A DNA stretch of 64,000 nucleotides, from assembly GCA_965205485.1 (NCBI GenBank), contig OZ242180.1, positions 4,160,001 through 4,224,000 on the forward strand, given 5' to 3'. Both the position numbers and the translations under genes were made by a program. Shown one piece after another: positions 28,764 through 37,894 of the stretch. Positions within the stretch are counted from its first letter, which is position 1; each line of letters begins with the position of its first letter. The notes beneath the pieces were generated by a model. The model saw only the letters and a list, made by a program, of their open reading frames with translations. It did not search any database and had not been told where the DNA came from. The DNA is from Candidatus Latescibacterota bacterium (GTDB taxonomy: Bacteria; Latescibacterota; UBA2968; GCA-2709665).

Positions 28764-30530
28764 TCAACCCGCCTCTTCCATTGCCGGTTTGCCGGCGAAC
28801 TGCTGGTTGATGAGGTCTCTGTATTTCCCGTTCGGGATTTTCATCAATGACTTGTGGTTTCCGCGTTCGATGATTTCACCCTGGTCCATGACCAGGATAA
28901 GATCGGCATTTACGACGGTTGACAGCCGGTGGGCGATAACGAAGGACGTCCGTCCTTTCAGTACGTTGGCCATCGCGCTCTGTATCAGGGCCTCGGAGAG
29001 CGAATCCAGCGCCGACGTGGCCTCATCCAGAATCATTATTGCCGGATCGGTCAGCACCGCCCTGGCAATGGCCAGTCGCTGCTTTTCTCCCACCGAAAGC
29101 CTGATGCCGCCGTCTCCCACCCTGGAGTCGTATCCGTCCCGTGTTCGCATGGCGAATTCGTGGATTTCGCCAACCTTTGCGGCTTCTACGATCTGCCGTT
29201 CCGATGCCCCGGAATTTCCGTATAAGAGATTCTCGCGCAACGTCGTGTTGAAAAGTACCGAGTCCTGCAGCACCTGCCCCACCTGTTTCCGGAGGGACGT
29301 CATCCGGACGTCGCGAATATCGTACCCGTCCACCGCAATAGCGCCTTCAGAAACGTCGTAATAGCGCATCAGCAGGCTGGTCAGCGTAGACTTTCCGCAT
29401 CCCGTGTGCCCCACCAGCGCAACCATCTGACCGGGGTGCACGTCGAGGCAGATATTCTTCAATACGGGTTCGCCGGTATTGTACTCGAACCAGACGCCGT
29501 CGAAAACGACGTGCCCGCGCAACGGGGGAAGATCGACCGCCAGAGACGCGTCCCGGACGTCAACCGGATGGTCCAGCACCTCGTAGATCCGGTCCACGGA
29601 TACCATCATCTGTTCGAATCGAATCCCGACGTTCATCAGATTCAATATCGGCTGGAATACGCGCATCGCGTACGAGAGGAACGCCATAACGGCGCCGTAC
29701 GTCATTTCCCCCTGGATAACGAAATAACAGCCCAGGCAGAAGATCAGGGTATTGCGCAGCCCCGAGACCACCCAGAAGCCCGCGCTGGCCGACGCCCGGT
29801 GCGTCTGCGTCTGCATCGCGTACGAAAGCCCCTCCCTGGTTTCCGCCGCGAACGCACGGTCCTCGCGTCTTTCCCGACCGTAGGCCTTGACCAGCCTCGC
29901 GCCGCTCAGACGCTCCTGCAGCCCCACGGATACATCGTCCATCTGCCGCCGCCACCGCCGGCTCGTTGCACGTATGGGTCCTACGAATATCCTGTAATTG
30001 ACCAGATACAGGGGAATCAGAACGGTCATCAGCAGCGCCAGTTTCCAGTTCAGCCCGTAGCAGATCCCCACGGCTGCGACGACCGATACGAAATCGGTAA
30101 TCACGCGCAGCATCTGCATGGAGACCATCTGCCTCACCGTTGCAACGTCTCCCATCATCCGCGACATGACTTTGCCTGTGCCCATTTCGTCATGGTATCC
30201 CAGGGAGAGCTTGAAAATGTGTTCATATAACGTCAGCCGGACCTTCATGATCAGGCGGCTGGATACATAAGAAAACGTAAATGCATTCAACACCCGCAGT
30301 CCGGCGGCGAGTACCGGTACGAGGATCAGCAGCGCCAGCGCCGCCTCCAGCATTTCCCATCTGCCCACCACGATAATCTCGTCGACGACATACATGGTAA
30401 TCAGCGGCGGCGCCATTTCAAGGAGGGCCAACAGAACGATCAGGCCCAGCGCAGTCGCGAGTCGCGGTGCGTAGGGTCGGACGAATTGCAGCAATTTTCG
30501 GAAGTTTTCAGATTTCGAACGTGGTTCCAC
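28764..30530 (-). CDS. ABC exporter half-transporter (TMD+NBD), degenerate signature
   Basis: Multiple TM helices; GHTGCGKST, LSVGEKQR, ILDEATS, IAHR. Confidence 0.92.
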   Translation of the reverse strand: MEPRSKSENFRKLLQFVRPYAPRLATALGLIVLLALLEMAPPLITMYVVDEIIVVGRWEMLEAALALLILVPVLAAGLRVLNAFTFSYVSSRLIMKVRLTLYEHIFKLSLGYHDEMGTGKVMSRMMGDVATVRQMVSMQMLRVITDFVSVVAAVGICYGLNWKLALLMTVLIPLYLVNYRIFVGPIRATSRRWRRQMDDVSVGLQERLSGARLVKAYGRERREDRAFAAETREGLSYAMQTQTHRASASAGFWVVSGLRNTLIFCLGCYFVIQGEMTYGAVMAFLSYAMRVFQPILNLMNVGIRFEQMMVSVDRIYEVLDHPVDVRDASLAVDLPPLRGHVVFDGVWFEYNTGEPVLKNICLDVHPGQMVALVGHTGCGKSTLTSLLMRYYDVSEGAIAVDGYDIRDVRMTSLRKQVGQVLQDSVLFNTTLRENLLYGNSGASERQIVEAAKVGEIHEFAMRTRDGYDSRVGDGGIRLSVGEKQRLAIARAVLTDPAIMILDEATSALDSLSEALIQSAMANVLKGRTSFVIAHRLSTVVNADLILVMDQGEIIERGNHKSLMKIPNGKYRDLINQQFAGKPAMEEAG

Positions 30531-30897
30531 CGTTCAATCTCCCACCCTGTATGCGGGAATTTTTGCGATCGAAACCGGCCGCAAGGCCGCTTAATATATA
30601 TATAATAACCCGGGTTTCCAACTCTCGCCAAATGGAACGATGAACTCGCGTTCCGAGGATGTTTCCGCGTGTAAAGTGGCCGCGCGCAGTGAAAAACCTC
30701 CCGATCCGGTCGCGAGTTACTTTTGACTCTTCCTGCCGCCGCCGAAGGGCAGGCCGCTTTCACTTGCATGTTCACGCGTGTTCGGACATGATTTAACGGT
30801 GGAACGCCTCTGGCCTGTCTTCAGGCGTTCGTTCATGATAAAACTCGCGTGAGAATAGCTTCGTTCTTTCTCGACCGCCTCCCGGATCTTCGCCCCT

Positions 30898-32121
30898 GTG
30901 GACGTTTCCAGCCTGACCATCTCCCGGATTCGCGATCTCCTGCGTCGTCCCGAGGATATCGACGCGGTCCTCCTGGATTTACTGGATGCCGATCCTCGCG
31001 CCGGGGTGCGCCTCCTGGCCCTCAGGGAGCGTCGCCGCCGTAAATCCGTCGCGGCGGAACGCGCACGGCTGGAAAAAATGCGGGCTCTGGAAAAACGACT
31101 GCATGCGCGGGGCCTTCACCGCATCGCCGGTGTGGACGAAGCAGGTCGCGGGCCCCTGGCAGGCCCCGTGGTGGCCGCTGCGGTGATCCTTCCGCGGGAG
31201 GCATTGATCCCCGGCCTGAACGACTCCAAAGTGCTCACAGCCCAGAGGCGGTCGGGACTCTACGAGCGGATCACCGAAACCGCGGTCGCCCACGGCATCG
31301 GTGAAGCGTCCGCGGCGGAAATCGACCGCATCAATATCCTGCAGGCCACCTATCTCGCCATGCGCCGCGCGATCAGACGGCTTGGCGTCCCGCCCGACCG
31401 CGTTCTTGTGGACGGCCCCGGGGTGCCGGGGAGTCCCTTTCCCGAATCCGCCGTGATCGACGGCGATGCCGCTTCGCTATCCATTGCGGCCGCATCCATA
31501 CTCGCCAAAGTGACAAGAGACCGCAAGATGGCTGTCTTCCACAGCGAATTTCCGGAATACGGTTTCGCAGACCACAAGGGGTATGGAAGCGCGGACCACC
31601 GGCGGGCCCTCCGCGTTCACGGCCCGTGCCGGATCCACCGGCTTTCCTTTAGAGGAGTCCGGTACGACACCCAATCCGGGAGCGTGTTGGAATCGGCCGG
31701 ATCAACCGGAGGCGTAGCGGGAAAGGATGGACGTGCGCCTCGCGTGGTGAACGTGCAATCTCAACTTTTCCGGACCGGCAGGAGGGGGGAGAACGCTGCC
31801 GCGGCCACTCTCGCAAGAACGGGGTACCGGATTCTCCGTCGAAATTATCGGGCGGCTGGAGGAGAAGTCGATCTGATCGTATCTAACGATCATACGATCG
31901 CGTTTGTCGAAGTGAAGACCCGCGCATCAGAGGGCTTCGGCCCGCCCGAAATCCGCGTGACGCCTGAAAAACAGCGCCAGATCGTACGTGTCGCCAGGGC
32001 GTATCTTCAACGCCACCCTTCACACGGCCTGGCGCCCCGTTTCGACGTGGTCGCCGTCCACTACCGCGGCGGTTCGCCTCGAATCCGGCATCTCGAATCC
32101 GCATTCCGGCCGGAAATCTGA
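30898..32121 (+). CDS. rnhB: Ribonuclease HII fused to a C-terminal YraN (UPF0102) nuclease domain
   Basis: GVDEAGRGPLAGPV, LNDSK, SIAAASILAKVTRD, HKGYG, HRLSF; then G..GE..A, GEVDLI, FVEVKTR, RFDVVAV, H.ESAF in one frame. Confidence 0.9.
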   Translation: MDVSSLTISRIRDLLRRPEDIDAVLLDLLDADPRAGVRLLALRERRRRKSVAAERARLEKMRALEKRLHARGLHRIAGVDEAGRGPLAGPVVAAAVILPREALIPGLNDSKVLTAQRRSGLYERITETAVAHGIGEASAAEIDRINILQATYLAMRRAIRRLGVPPDRVLVDGPGVPGSPFPESAVIDGDAASLSIAAASILAKVTRDRKMAVFHSEFPEYGFADHKGYGSADHRRALRVHGPCRIHRLSFRGVRYDTQSGSVLESAGSTGGVAGKDGRAPRVVNVQSQLFRTGRRGENAAAATLARTGYRILRRNYRAAGGEVDLIVSNDHTIAFVEVKTRASEGFGPPEIRVTPEKQRQIVRVARAYLQRHPSHGLAPRFDVVAVHYRGGSPRIRHLESAFRPEI

Positions 32122-32127
32122 TAAATC

Positions 32128-32156
32128 TTGACATCGGGTCGACTTGTGTGTATGTT
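32128..32156 (+). promoter_or_regulatory. Sigma70-type promoter for hisS-aspS
   Basis: TTGACA-17 nt-TATGTT. Confidence 0.65.
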
Positions 32157-32206
32157 TGTCGATTTGGCTGAAAATCAAGGGCTTACCCAACAGAATCCGG
32201 AAGACA

Positions 32207-33490
32207 ATGGCGACAGACCTCATCCCCCGCGTCAAGGGCGTCAGGGATTTCTACCCTGAAGACTGGGCCCTGCAAAAGTGGCTGGGCAAAACATGCATCG
32301 GGCTTGGCGCCGGCTTCGGCTACCAGGAATACGAGGGTCCCATCCTGGAGCACCTGGACCTCTACCTGGGCAAGACCAGCGAGGAAATCGTGGGCCGGCA
32401 GACGTTCATGCTGTCCGGACGCGACGAAAAGCCCCTGGTCCTTCGTCCGGAACTTACGCCGACGCTGGCGCGCATGGTGGCGGCGCGGGAAGATCGGCTG
32501 GTCTTTCCTTTGCGCTGGCAATCCTTCGGTCGATTCTATCGGTACGAACGCCCGCAACGCGGCAGGGGAAGATCCTTCTTTCAGTGGAACATCGACCTGC
32601 TCGGAAGCGATACGCTGCATGCCGACGTCGAAATCGTCACGATCGCCTGTGAACTATTGAGGACCTTCGGATTGTCTCCCGATCAGGTGACCGTAAGGCT
32701 CAACGATCGCGAGGGCCTCGAATCCCACCTGATCGGGTCCCTCGGTCTTCACGCCGGGCAGATCCGGCCCCTTTTCGCCATCGTCGACCGGATCGACAGG
32801 ATGCCCTGGGAGAAATTCAGCAGCGGGCTTGCCCAGGTCGGTCTTGGTTCAAAGCAGATCGACGAACTTGTCGAGACGCTGGAAAACAGAGATCCGGGGT
32901 TTTCACCCCGGCTCGAACGCATCCTCCGGCTGCTTGAAATGAACGATGTCTCGGACTATGTGGAACCCGACCCCAAGATCGTGCGCGGATTCGACTATTA
33001 CACCGGCATCGTCTTCGAAGCCTGGGCGAAGGGATCACTCAGACGCGCCCTGTACGGGGGCGGGAGATACGACAATCTGACCGTGCAGGTCGGTGGCAGA
33101 AAGCCGGTACCGGGCGTCGGTTTCGCGGTTGGCGACATGGCAATTACCGAACTGCTGAAAGAATCTCATCTGCTCGATCACATAACGACGTCGATCGCGG
33201 ACCTGCTGGTTTCGGTCTTTTCGGAAGAGACAGCCGGACACGCCGCGGCATATGCGCGCCTGGCAAGGTCACAGGGTCTCGCCGTGGAGCTCGGTCTGAG
33301 ACCCGGCCAGCGCCTTGACAGGCAACTGAAATACGCTGACCGTAAAGGAATCCCCTTCGTTGCGATCATCGGACCCGACGAAATCCGATCTCAGACGGTC
33401 CTGCTGAAAAATCTGGCAACCGGCATACAGACCGTCCTCCCGTCGGACAACGCCTGCAGACTCACAGAACACATCGGAAATTCACGGTAA
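32207..33490 (+). CDS. hisS: Histidine-tRNA ligase
   Basis: KGVRDFYP, LRPELTP, YRYERPQRGR, RGFDYYTG.VFE, GGGRYD; start at MATDL. Confidence 0.95.
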   Translation: MATDLIPRVKGVRDFYPEDWALQKWLGKTCIGLGAGFGYQEYEGPILEHLDLYLGKTSEEIVGRQTFMLSGRDEKPLVLRPELTPTLARMVAAREDRLVFPLRWQSFGRFYRYERPQRGRGRSFFQWNIDLLGSDTLHADVEIVTIACELLRTFGLSPDQVTVRLNDREGLESHLIGSLGLHAGQIRPLFAIVDRIDRMPWEKFSSGLAQVGLGSKQIDELVETLENRDPGFSPRLERILRLLEMNDVSDYVEPDPKIVRGFDYYTGIVFEAWAKGSLRRALYGGGRYDNLTVQVGGRKPVPGVGFAVGDMAITELLKESHLLDHITTSIADLLVSVFSEETAGHAAAYARLARSQGLAVELGLRPGQRLDRQLKYADRKGIPFVAIIGPDEIRSQTVLLKNLATGIQTVLPSDNACRLTEHIGNSR

Positions 33491-33568
33491 CGCTGAAAAC
33501 ATGATGCGCGGCCGGGCCTCGCCGGCATGCCTTCGAAACGTCTCGTACAATTTTTGGAGCCTTTGAAT

Positions 33569-35365
33569 ATGGCCGAATCCCTTGGCGACTGGAAACGCAC
33601 GCACTCCTGCGGCGACCTGAGGGTCCGCGATATAGGCAGACAGGTCACCCTGATGGGGTGGGTCTCCAAACGCAGGGATCACGGCGGCGTGATTTTTGCC
33701 GACCTGCGCGATCGGGACGGGCTGACGCAGGTCGTGTTTCGACCCGATCTGAATCCCGGGATCCACCTGAAGGCGGAAGCCATTCGGAATGAATTCGTCC
33801 TGGCGATCAGAGGAAGGGTGGAATCGCGTCCGGAAGGCATGGCCAACCCCAACCTGCCCACGGGCGAAATCGACGTCGAGGCGTCGGAACTGAGAATTCT
33901 GAACGAGTCGGAAACGCCGCCGTTTCTCATCGAAGCCGAGTCGGACGCCAACGAAGAGATCCGGCTCCGTCATCGTTACCTCGACCTTCGCCGTCCGGAT
34001 CTGCAGGCCGACATCCTGCTGCGGCACCGCCTGTCGCAGGCAACGCGAAGATTCCTTTCGGACGATGGCTTTATCGAGGTCGAAACCCCGTTTCTGATGA
34101 AGAGTACGCCGGAAGGAGCGCGTGACTATCTGGTGCCCAGCCGGATCAACCCGGGGCACTTCTACGCGCTGCCACAATCCCCGCAAACCTACAAGCAGTT
34201 GATCATGGTGGCAGGATTCGACCGGTATTTTCAAATCGTGCGCTGCTTCAGGGACGAAGACCTGCGAGGTGACCGGCAGCCGGAATTCACGCAAATCGAC
34301 ATTGAGATGTCATTCGTGAACGAAGAAGACGTTATGGAAGCGGCCGAGCGGCTCACTGCCGGCCTCTTCAAGGCAATCCTGGATATCGACCTGCCTCGCC
34401 CCTTTCCCCGCCTCACCCACAGGGAAGCGATCGACACCTACGGATCCGACAAGCCGGACACCCGATTCGGCTTTGAAATCGTCGACCTGGCGGCTGCGGC
34501 CGAAGCCTCCGACTTTCAGGTGTTCAAACGGGTGCTTTCCGACGGCGGCCAGGTTCGCGGAATCAACGCAAAGGGATGCGGCGCGTTCTCGCGCAGACAG
34601 ATAGACGATCTGGGCGTCTTTGCCGGCGAATTCGGCGCCAGGGGACTCGCGTGGATCAGGGTGACCCACGGCGGTTTGGAATCAGCCATCGTAAAATTCT
34701 TCCCTGAACAGGCGCAAGTCCTCCTGAAGCGCGCCCTCAAGGCCGAACCAGGCGATCTGCTGCTGTTCGCGGCCGACCAGCCGACGGTTGTGGCGGAGGT
34801 ACTCGGCAACCTTCGTCTGAAACTGGCGGATCAACTGAATCTGCTGGACCGCGATCGTTTCAGCTTCGGCTGGGTAACGCATTTCCCCCTGGTGGAATGG
34901 GACCCGCGCGAGAAACGCTACGCGGCGTGCCACCACCCGTTCACCTCGCCCCTGGACGAGGACATCGGAAAAATGGAAACCGACCCCGCAGGCGTGCGGG
35001 CGCGGGCATACGACCTCGTGCTGAACGGGAACGAAATTGCAGGAGGAAGCATTCGTATCCACCGAAGGGAAATTCAGGAAAAAATGTTCGACCTTCTGGA
35101 CATCTCTCCGCCTGAGGCGGAAGAAAAGTTCGGTTTTCTCCTCGATGCGTTCCGGTATGGCGCGCCTCCCCACGGCGGAATCGCCTTCGGGTACGATCGC
35201 CTGGTCGCACTGATGGCGGGGCGGGACTTCATCCGCGACGTGATCGCCTTTCCCAAAACCAACAATGCCGCCTCCTTGATGGACGGTGCTCCGTCAGCAG
35301 TCGACGCGGACCAGTTGAAAGAACTCGGAATCCGGTTGGCGGGCGGTGAATCGACCCGTCACTGA
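33569..35365 (+). CDS. aspS: Aspartate-tRNA ligase, probably non-discriminating (Asp/Asn)
   Basis: RTHSCG, RRDHGG, STPEGARDYLVP, LPQSPQ, FRDEDLR.DRQPEFTQID, GAPPHGG, RDVIAFPK. Confidence 0.96.
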   Translation: MAESLGDWKRTHSCGDLRVRDIGRQVTLMGWVSKRRDHGGVIFADLRDRDGLTQVVFRPDLNPGIHLKAEAIRNEFVLAIRGRVESRPEGMANPNLPTGEIDVEASELRILNESETPPFLIEAESDANEEIRLRHRYLDLRRPDLQADILLRHRLSQATRRFLSDDGFIEVETPFLMKSTPEGARDYLVPSRINPGHFYALPQSPQTYKQLIMVAGFDRYFQIVRCFRDEDLRGDRQPEFTQIDIEMSFVNEEDVMEAAERLTAGLFKAILDIDLPRPFPRLTHREAIDTYGSDKPDTRFGFEIVDLAAAAEASDFQVFKRVLSDGGQVRGINAKGCGAFSRRQIDDLGVFAGEFGARGLAWIRVTHGGLESAIVKFFPEQAQVLLKRALKAEPGDLLLFAADQPTVVAEVLGNLRLKLADQLNLLDRDRFSFGWVTHFPLVEWDPREKRYAACHHPFTSPLDEDIGKMETDPAGVRARAYDLVLNGNEIAGGSIRIHRREIQEKMFDLLDISPPEAEEKFGFLLDAFRYGAPPHGGIAFGYDRLVALMAGRDFIRDVIAFPKTNNAASLMDGAPSAVDADQLKELGIRLAGGESTRH

Positions 35366-35411
35366 ACCCGATATATGCGTATTTCCGCAAGCGTTCATGT
35401 GGATTTTTTTC

Positions 35412-35440
35412 TTGACTTCAGCCCTTTCTTGTAGTAATTT
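35412..35440 (+). promoter_or_regulatory. Sigma70-type promoter for the lipoprotein-LysM operon
   Basis: TTGACT-17 nt-TAATTT. Confidence 0.55.
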
Positions 35441-35576
35441 GGTGGCATAAATGTAGCCCCGTCAGACGGTGATTTGGCGCGTATTTTTGCAGCGTTAAAC
35501 GCAGTCGCCATTTTCGGTTTGCCTGTCAAACCATCGTCCCATCAACGCATGAACACGTGTCCCCAAGGAGACATCG

Positions 35577-35852
35577 ATGGCAAAGCGCAACTTGATGGAT
35601 CGCTTTACGGGATTTGGCGTCGTGCTGGCGCTGTTCCTGCTGCCCCTTCTGTCGGGCTGTCATATCATGGCATCCGAAGAAGACCTCCAGATGCTGGAGG
35701 AGGCGCGGAACAACGCGCGAGCGGCCGAAGCGGATCTGAATGCCTGTCGGCAGAAGCGGGCTGAACTGGAACGCACACTGGCCGAGAAGAAACAGGAACT
35801 TCAAAGACTGACCGCCGATAGGGACGCCGTGCAGAACGCCATGAATCCGTAA
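35577..35852 (+). CDS. Small coiled-coil lipoprotein
   Basis: AAGGAG RBS; LLSGC lipobox; heptad-rich helical remainder. Confidence 0.8.
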   Translation: MAKRNLMDRFTGFGVVLALFLLPLLSGCHIMASEEDLQMLEEARNNARAAEADLNACRQKRAELERTLAEKKQELQRLTADRDAVQNAMNP

Positions 35853-35868
35853 TGGAAAGGAGTTTCCA

Positions 35869-36717
35869 GTGAAGAATCGTAAACACATCGGGTTTTCGCT
35901 TGTCTGCACCGCGCTGGCAGTAGCCCTCGTTCCGCTGGCCGCCATTGCCCAGTCGGACGGAATGACGTACGAAGAATATGAAATGCAGCTTGCAAGCGTG
36001 CAGCAGGAGATTCAGGAAATCAAGCAGAAAACACAGGAGTGCAAGGACGCGGGCGACAAGGTCGCACAGCAGATCGCCGACGTCGATGCCCGGATTGCAA
36101 GCACCATGCAGGAGATCCTGGATCTGGTCGGCTGCCCCGATCAGGCCTGCATCGACGCCTACATGGCCGCACTGGATCGTGTCGAGGGTCAGTTGAGGGC
36201 CCTGATGAATCTTCCCGATGCCGATCTCTTCGACCAGCGTGACCACTTCGATTCAATCTCCGAAGAGGTCGAGGGCCTCAAGCAGAACAAGATCCGCCAT
36301 CTTCCCAAAGCGAGCATGAAGCTCAAGAGCATCGTGCAACTGGTTGAGAGAATCGCCGCGCGGATGCCCGCGAAGAAGATCAAGGACTACACCGTGCTTC
36401 GCAACGACAATCTCTGGAACATCGCCAAGAGCGAGGATATATACGACAACGCCTACCTCTGGCCCCGCATCTATCTCGAAAACCGCGACAAGATCAGGCA
36501 TCCGGATCTGATCTACCCCGATTGGGTGCTGCAGATTCCGTTTGGCGTAGACAGAGGCCAGCACCTGGTCCTCCAGGGGCATACGCTCACAAGTATTGCC
36601 GGCATGATCTACAACGACCCGACGAGATGGCACCGCATTTATCGGGCTAACAAATCGCAGATCAGGGATCCAAACCTGATCTTCCCTGCGCAGGTCATCG
36701 ACGTACCTGAAGACTGA
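35869..36717 (+). CDS. Secreted coiled-coil protein with two C-terminal LysM domains
   Basis: AAGGAG RBS, signal peptide, YTVLRNDNLWNIA..IY..W..IY..N..I.HPDLIYP and HLVLQGHTLTSIA..IY..W..IY..N..IRDPNLIFP. Confidence 0.88.
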   Translation: MKNRKHIGFSLVCTALAVALVPLAAIAQSDGMTYEEYEMQLASVQQEIQEIKQKTQECKDAGDKVAQQIADVDARIASTMQEILDLVGCPDQACIDAYMAALDRVEGQLRALMNLPDADLFDQRDHFDSISEEVEGLKQNKIRHLPKASMKLKSIVQLVERIAARMPAKKIKDYTVLRNDNLWNIAKSEDIYDNAYLWPRIYLENRDKIRHPDLIYPDWVLQIPFGVDRGQHLVLQGHTLTSIAGMIYNDPTRWHRIYRANKSQIRDPNLIFPAQVIDVPED

Positions 36718-36804
36718 CAGATATCGGGACCCCACGGCTCCGAACCGCGGAGAACTGCGTCCTCAAAAAATGGAAAGCGACTCACACCACGAATAAGGCT
36801 TCTG

Positions 36805-36849
36805 AAAAGCTCTCGTTCCCGGAGTCTGGCCGGAACGAGGGCTTTTTTT
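36805..36849 (+). terminator. Rho-independent terminator
   Basis: AAAAGCTCTCGTTCC...GGAACGAGGGC followed by TTTTTTT. Confidence 0.8.
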
Positions 36850-36853
36850 ATTT

Positions 36854-37873
36854 GTGAAAAGACCCGACCTGTTGAGAAATCCAACCTTATCCCATCAGCT
36901 GTCCATTCAGGGCGTTGATCCCCTCACACTGTACGGGCACAACGACGTCAACCTTCTGGCGCTCGAAGCCAGGTACGGCGTCCACGTTACCGCCCGCGGC
37001 GAAACCGTCACGATCACGGGCCCCGCGTACAAAGTCCGGCATGTTTCCGGACTGTTGGAGGAGATGGTCTCGTGCCTGCGGCGCGGCGACGCGCCCGTTC
37101 AGACAGACGATTCGGGGGAAACGAATCACCACAACGGGCCTTCCGAAGCGAACATGACCGTACTGGTCACACAGAAATGCGTAATTCGGCCCCGTTCGGA
37201 CGCTCAACGGCGATATGTGACCGGAATTGAGAAATTCGACATCGTCTTCGGAATCGGCCCTGCCGGGACCGGCAAGACCTACCTCGCGGTCGCCTGCGCC
37301 GCGGCGGCTCTGAAGCGCAAGGAAGTGTCGAGGATCATCCTGACCCGTCCCGCGGTTGAGGCCGGAGAAAACCTCGGCTTCCTGCCAGGCGACATCCAGG
37401 ACAAGGTCGACCCCTATCTGCGCCCGTTGTACGACGCGCTGCGGGACATGATTCCCGGCGAACATATGCAACACCTGCTGGAAAACCGGACACTGGAAAT
37501 CGCACCGCTGGCATTCATGCGGGGACGTACGCTCAACAACGCGTTCGTCATTCTGGATGAAGCCCAGAATACGACCATCAGCCAGATGAAGATGTTTCTC
37601 ACGCGGTTGGGCGCCAACTCCAAGGCGGTTGTCAACGGCGACGTCACTCAGATCGACCTGCCAACCGACGAAGTGTCCGGACTTGTACATGGTCATCAGA
37701 TTCTCTCGCATATCGAGGCCGTGCGGTTCGTGCAATTCACGGAGGAAGATGTCGTACGTCACGCCCTGGTCCGGAAGATCATCTCTGCGTACGACCGGTA
37801 TGAGACTGAAATACGGCTCCGGTCGGCGGATGGACCCGACCTGAACAACGGCGCTGAAGCGCATGATATCTAA
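36854..37873 (+). CDS. phoH: PhoH family ATPase (YbeZ-like)
   Basis: GPAGTGKTYLA, RPAVEAGENLGFLPG, APLAFMRGRTL, DEAQN, DVVRH; exact start uncertain. Confidence 0.93.
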   Translation: MKRPDLLRNPTLSHQLSIQGVDPLTLYGHNDVNLLALEARYGVHVTARGETVTITGPAYKVRHVSGLLEEMVSCLRRGDAPVQTDDSGETNHHNGPSEANMTVLVTQKCVIRPRSDAQRRYVTGIEKFDIVFGIGPAGTGKTYLAVACAAAALKRKEVSRIILTRPAVEAGENLGFLPGDIQDKVDPYLRPLYDALRDMIPGEHMQHLLENRTLEIAPLAFMRGRTLNNAFVILDEAQNTTISQMKMFLTRLGANSKAVVNGDVTQIDLPTDEVSGLVHGHQILSHIEAVRFVQFTEEDVVRHALVRKIISAYDRYETEIRLRSADGPDLNNGAEAHDI

Positions 37874-37894
37874 ATTAACCGGGTAACCCGCTCT

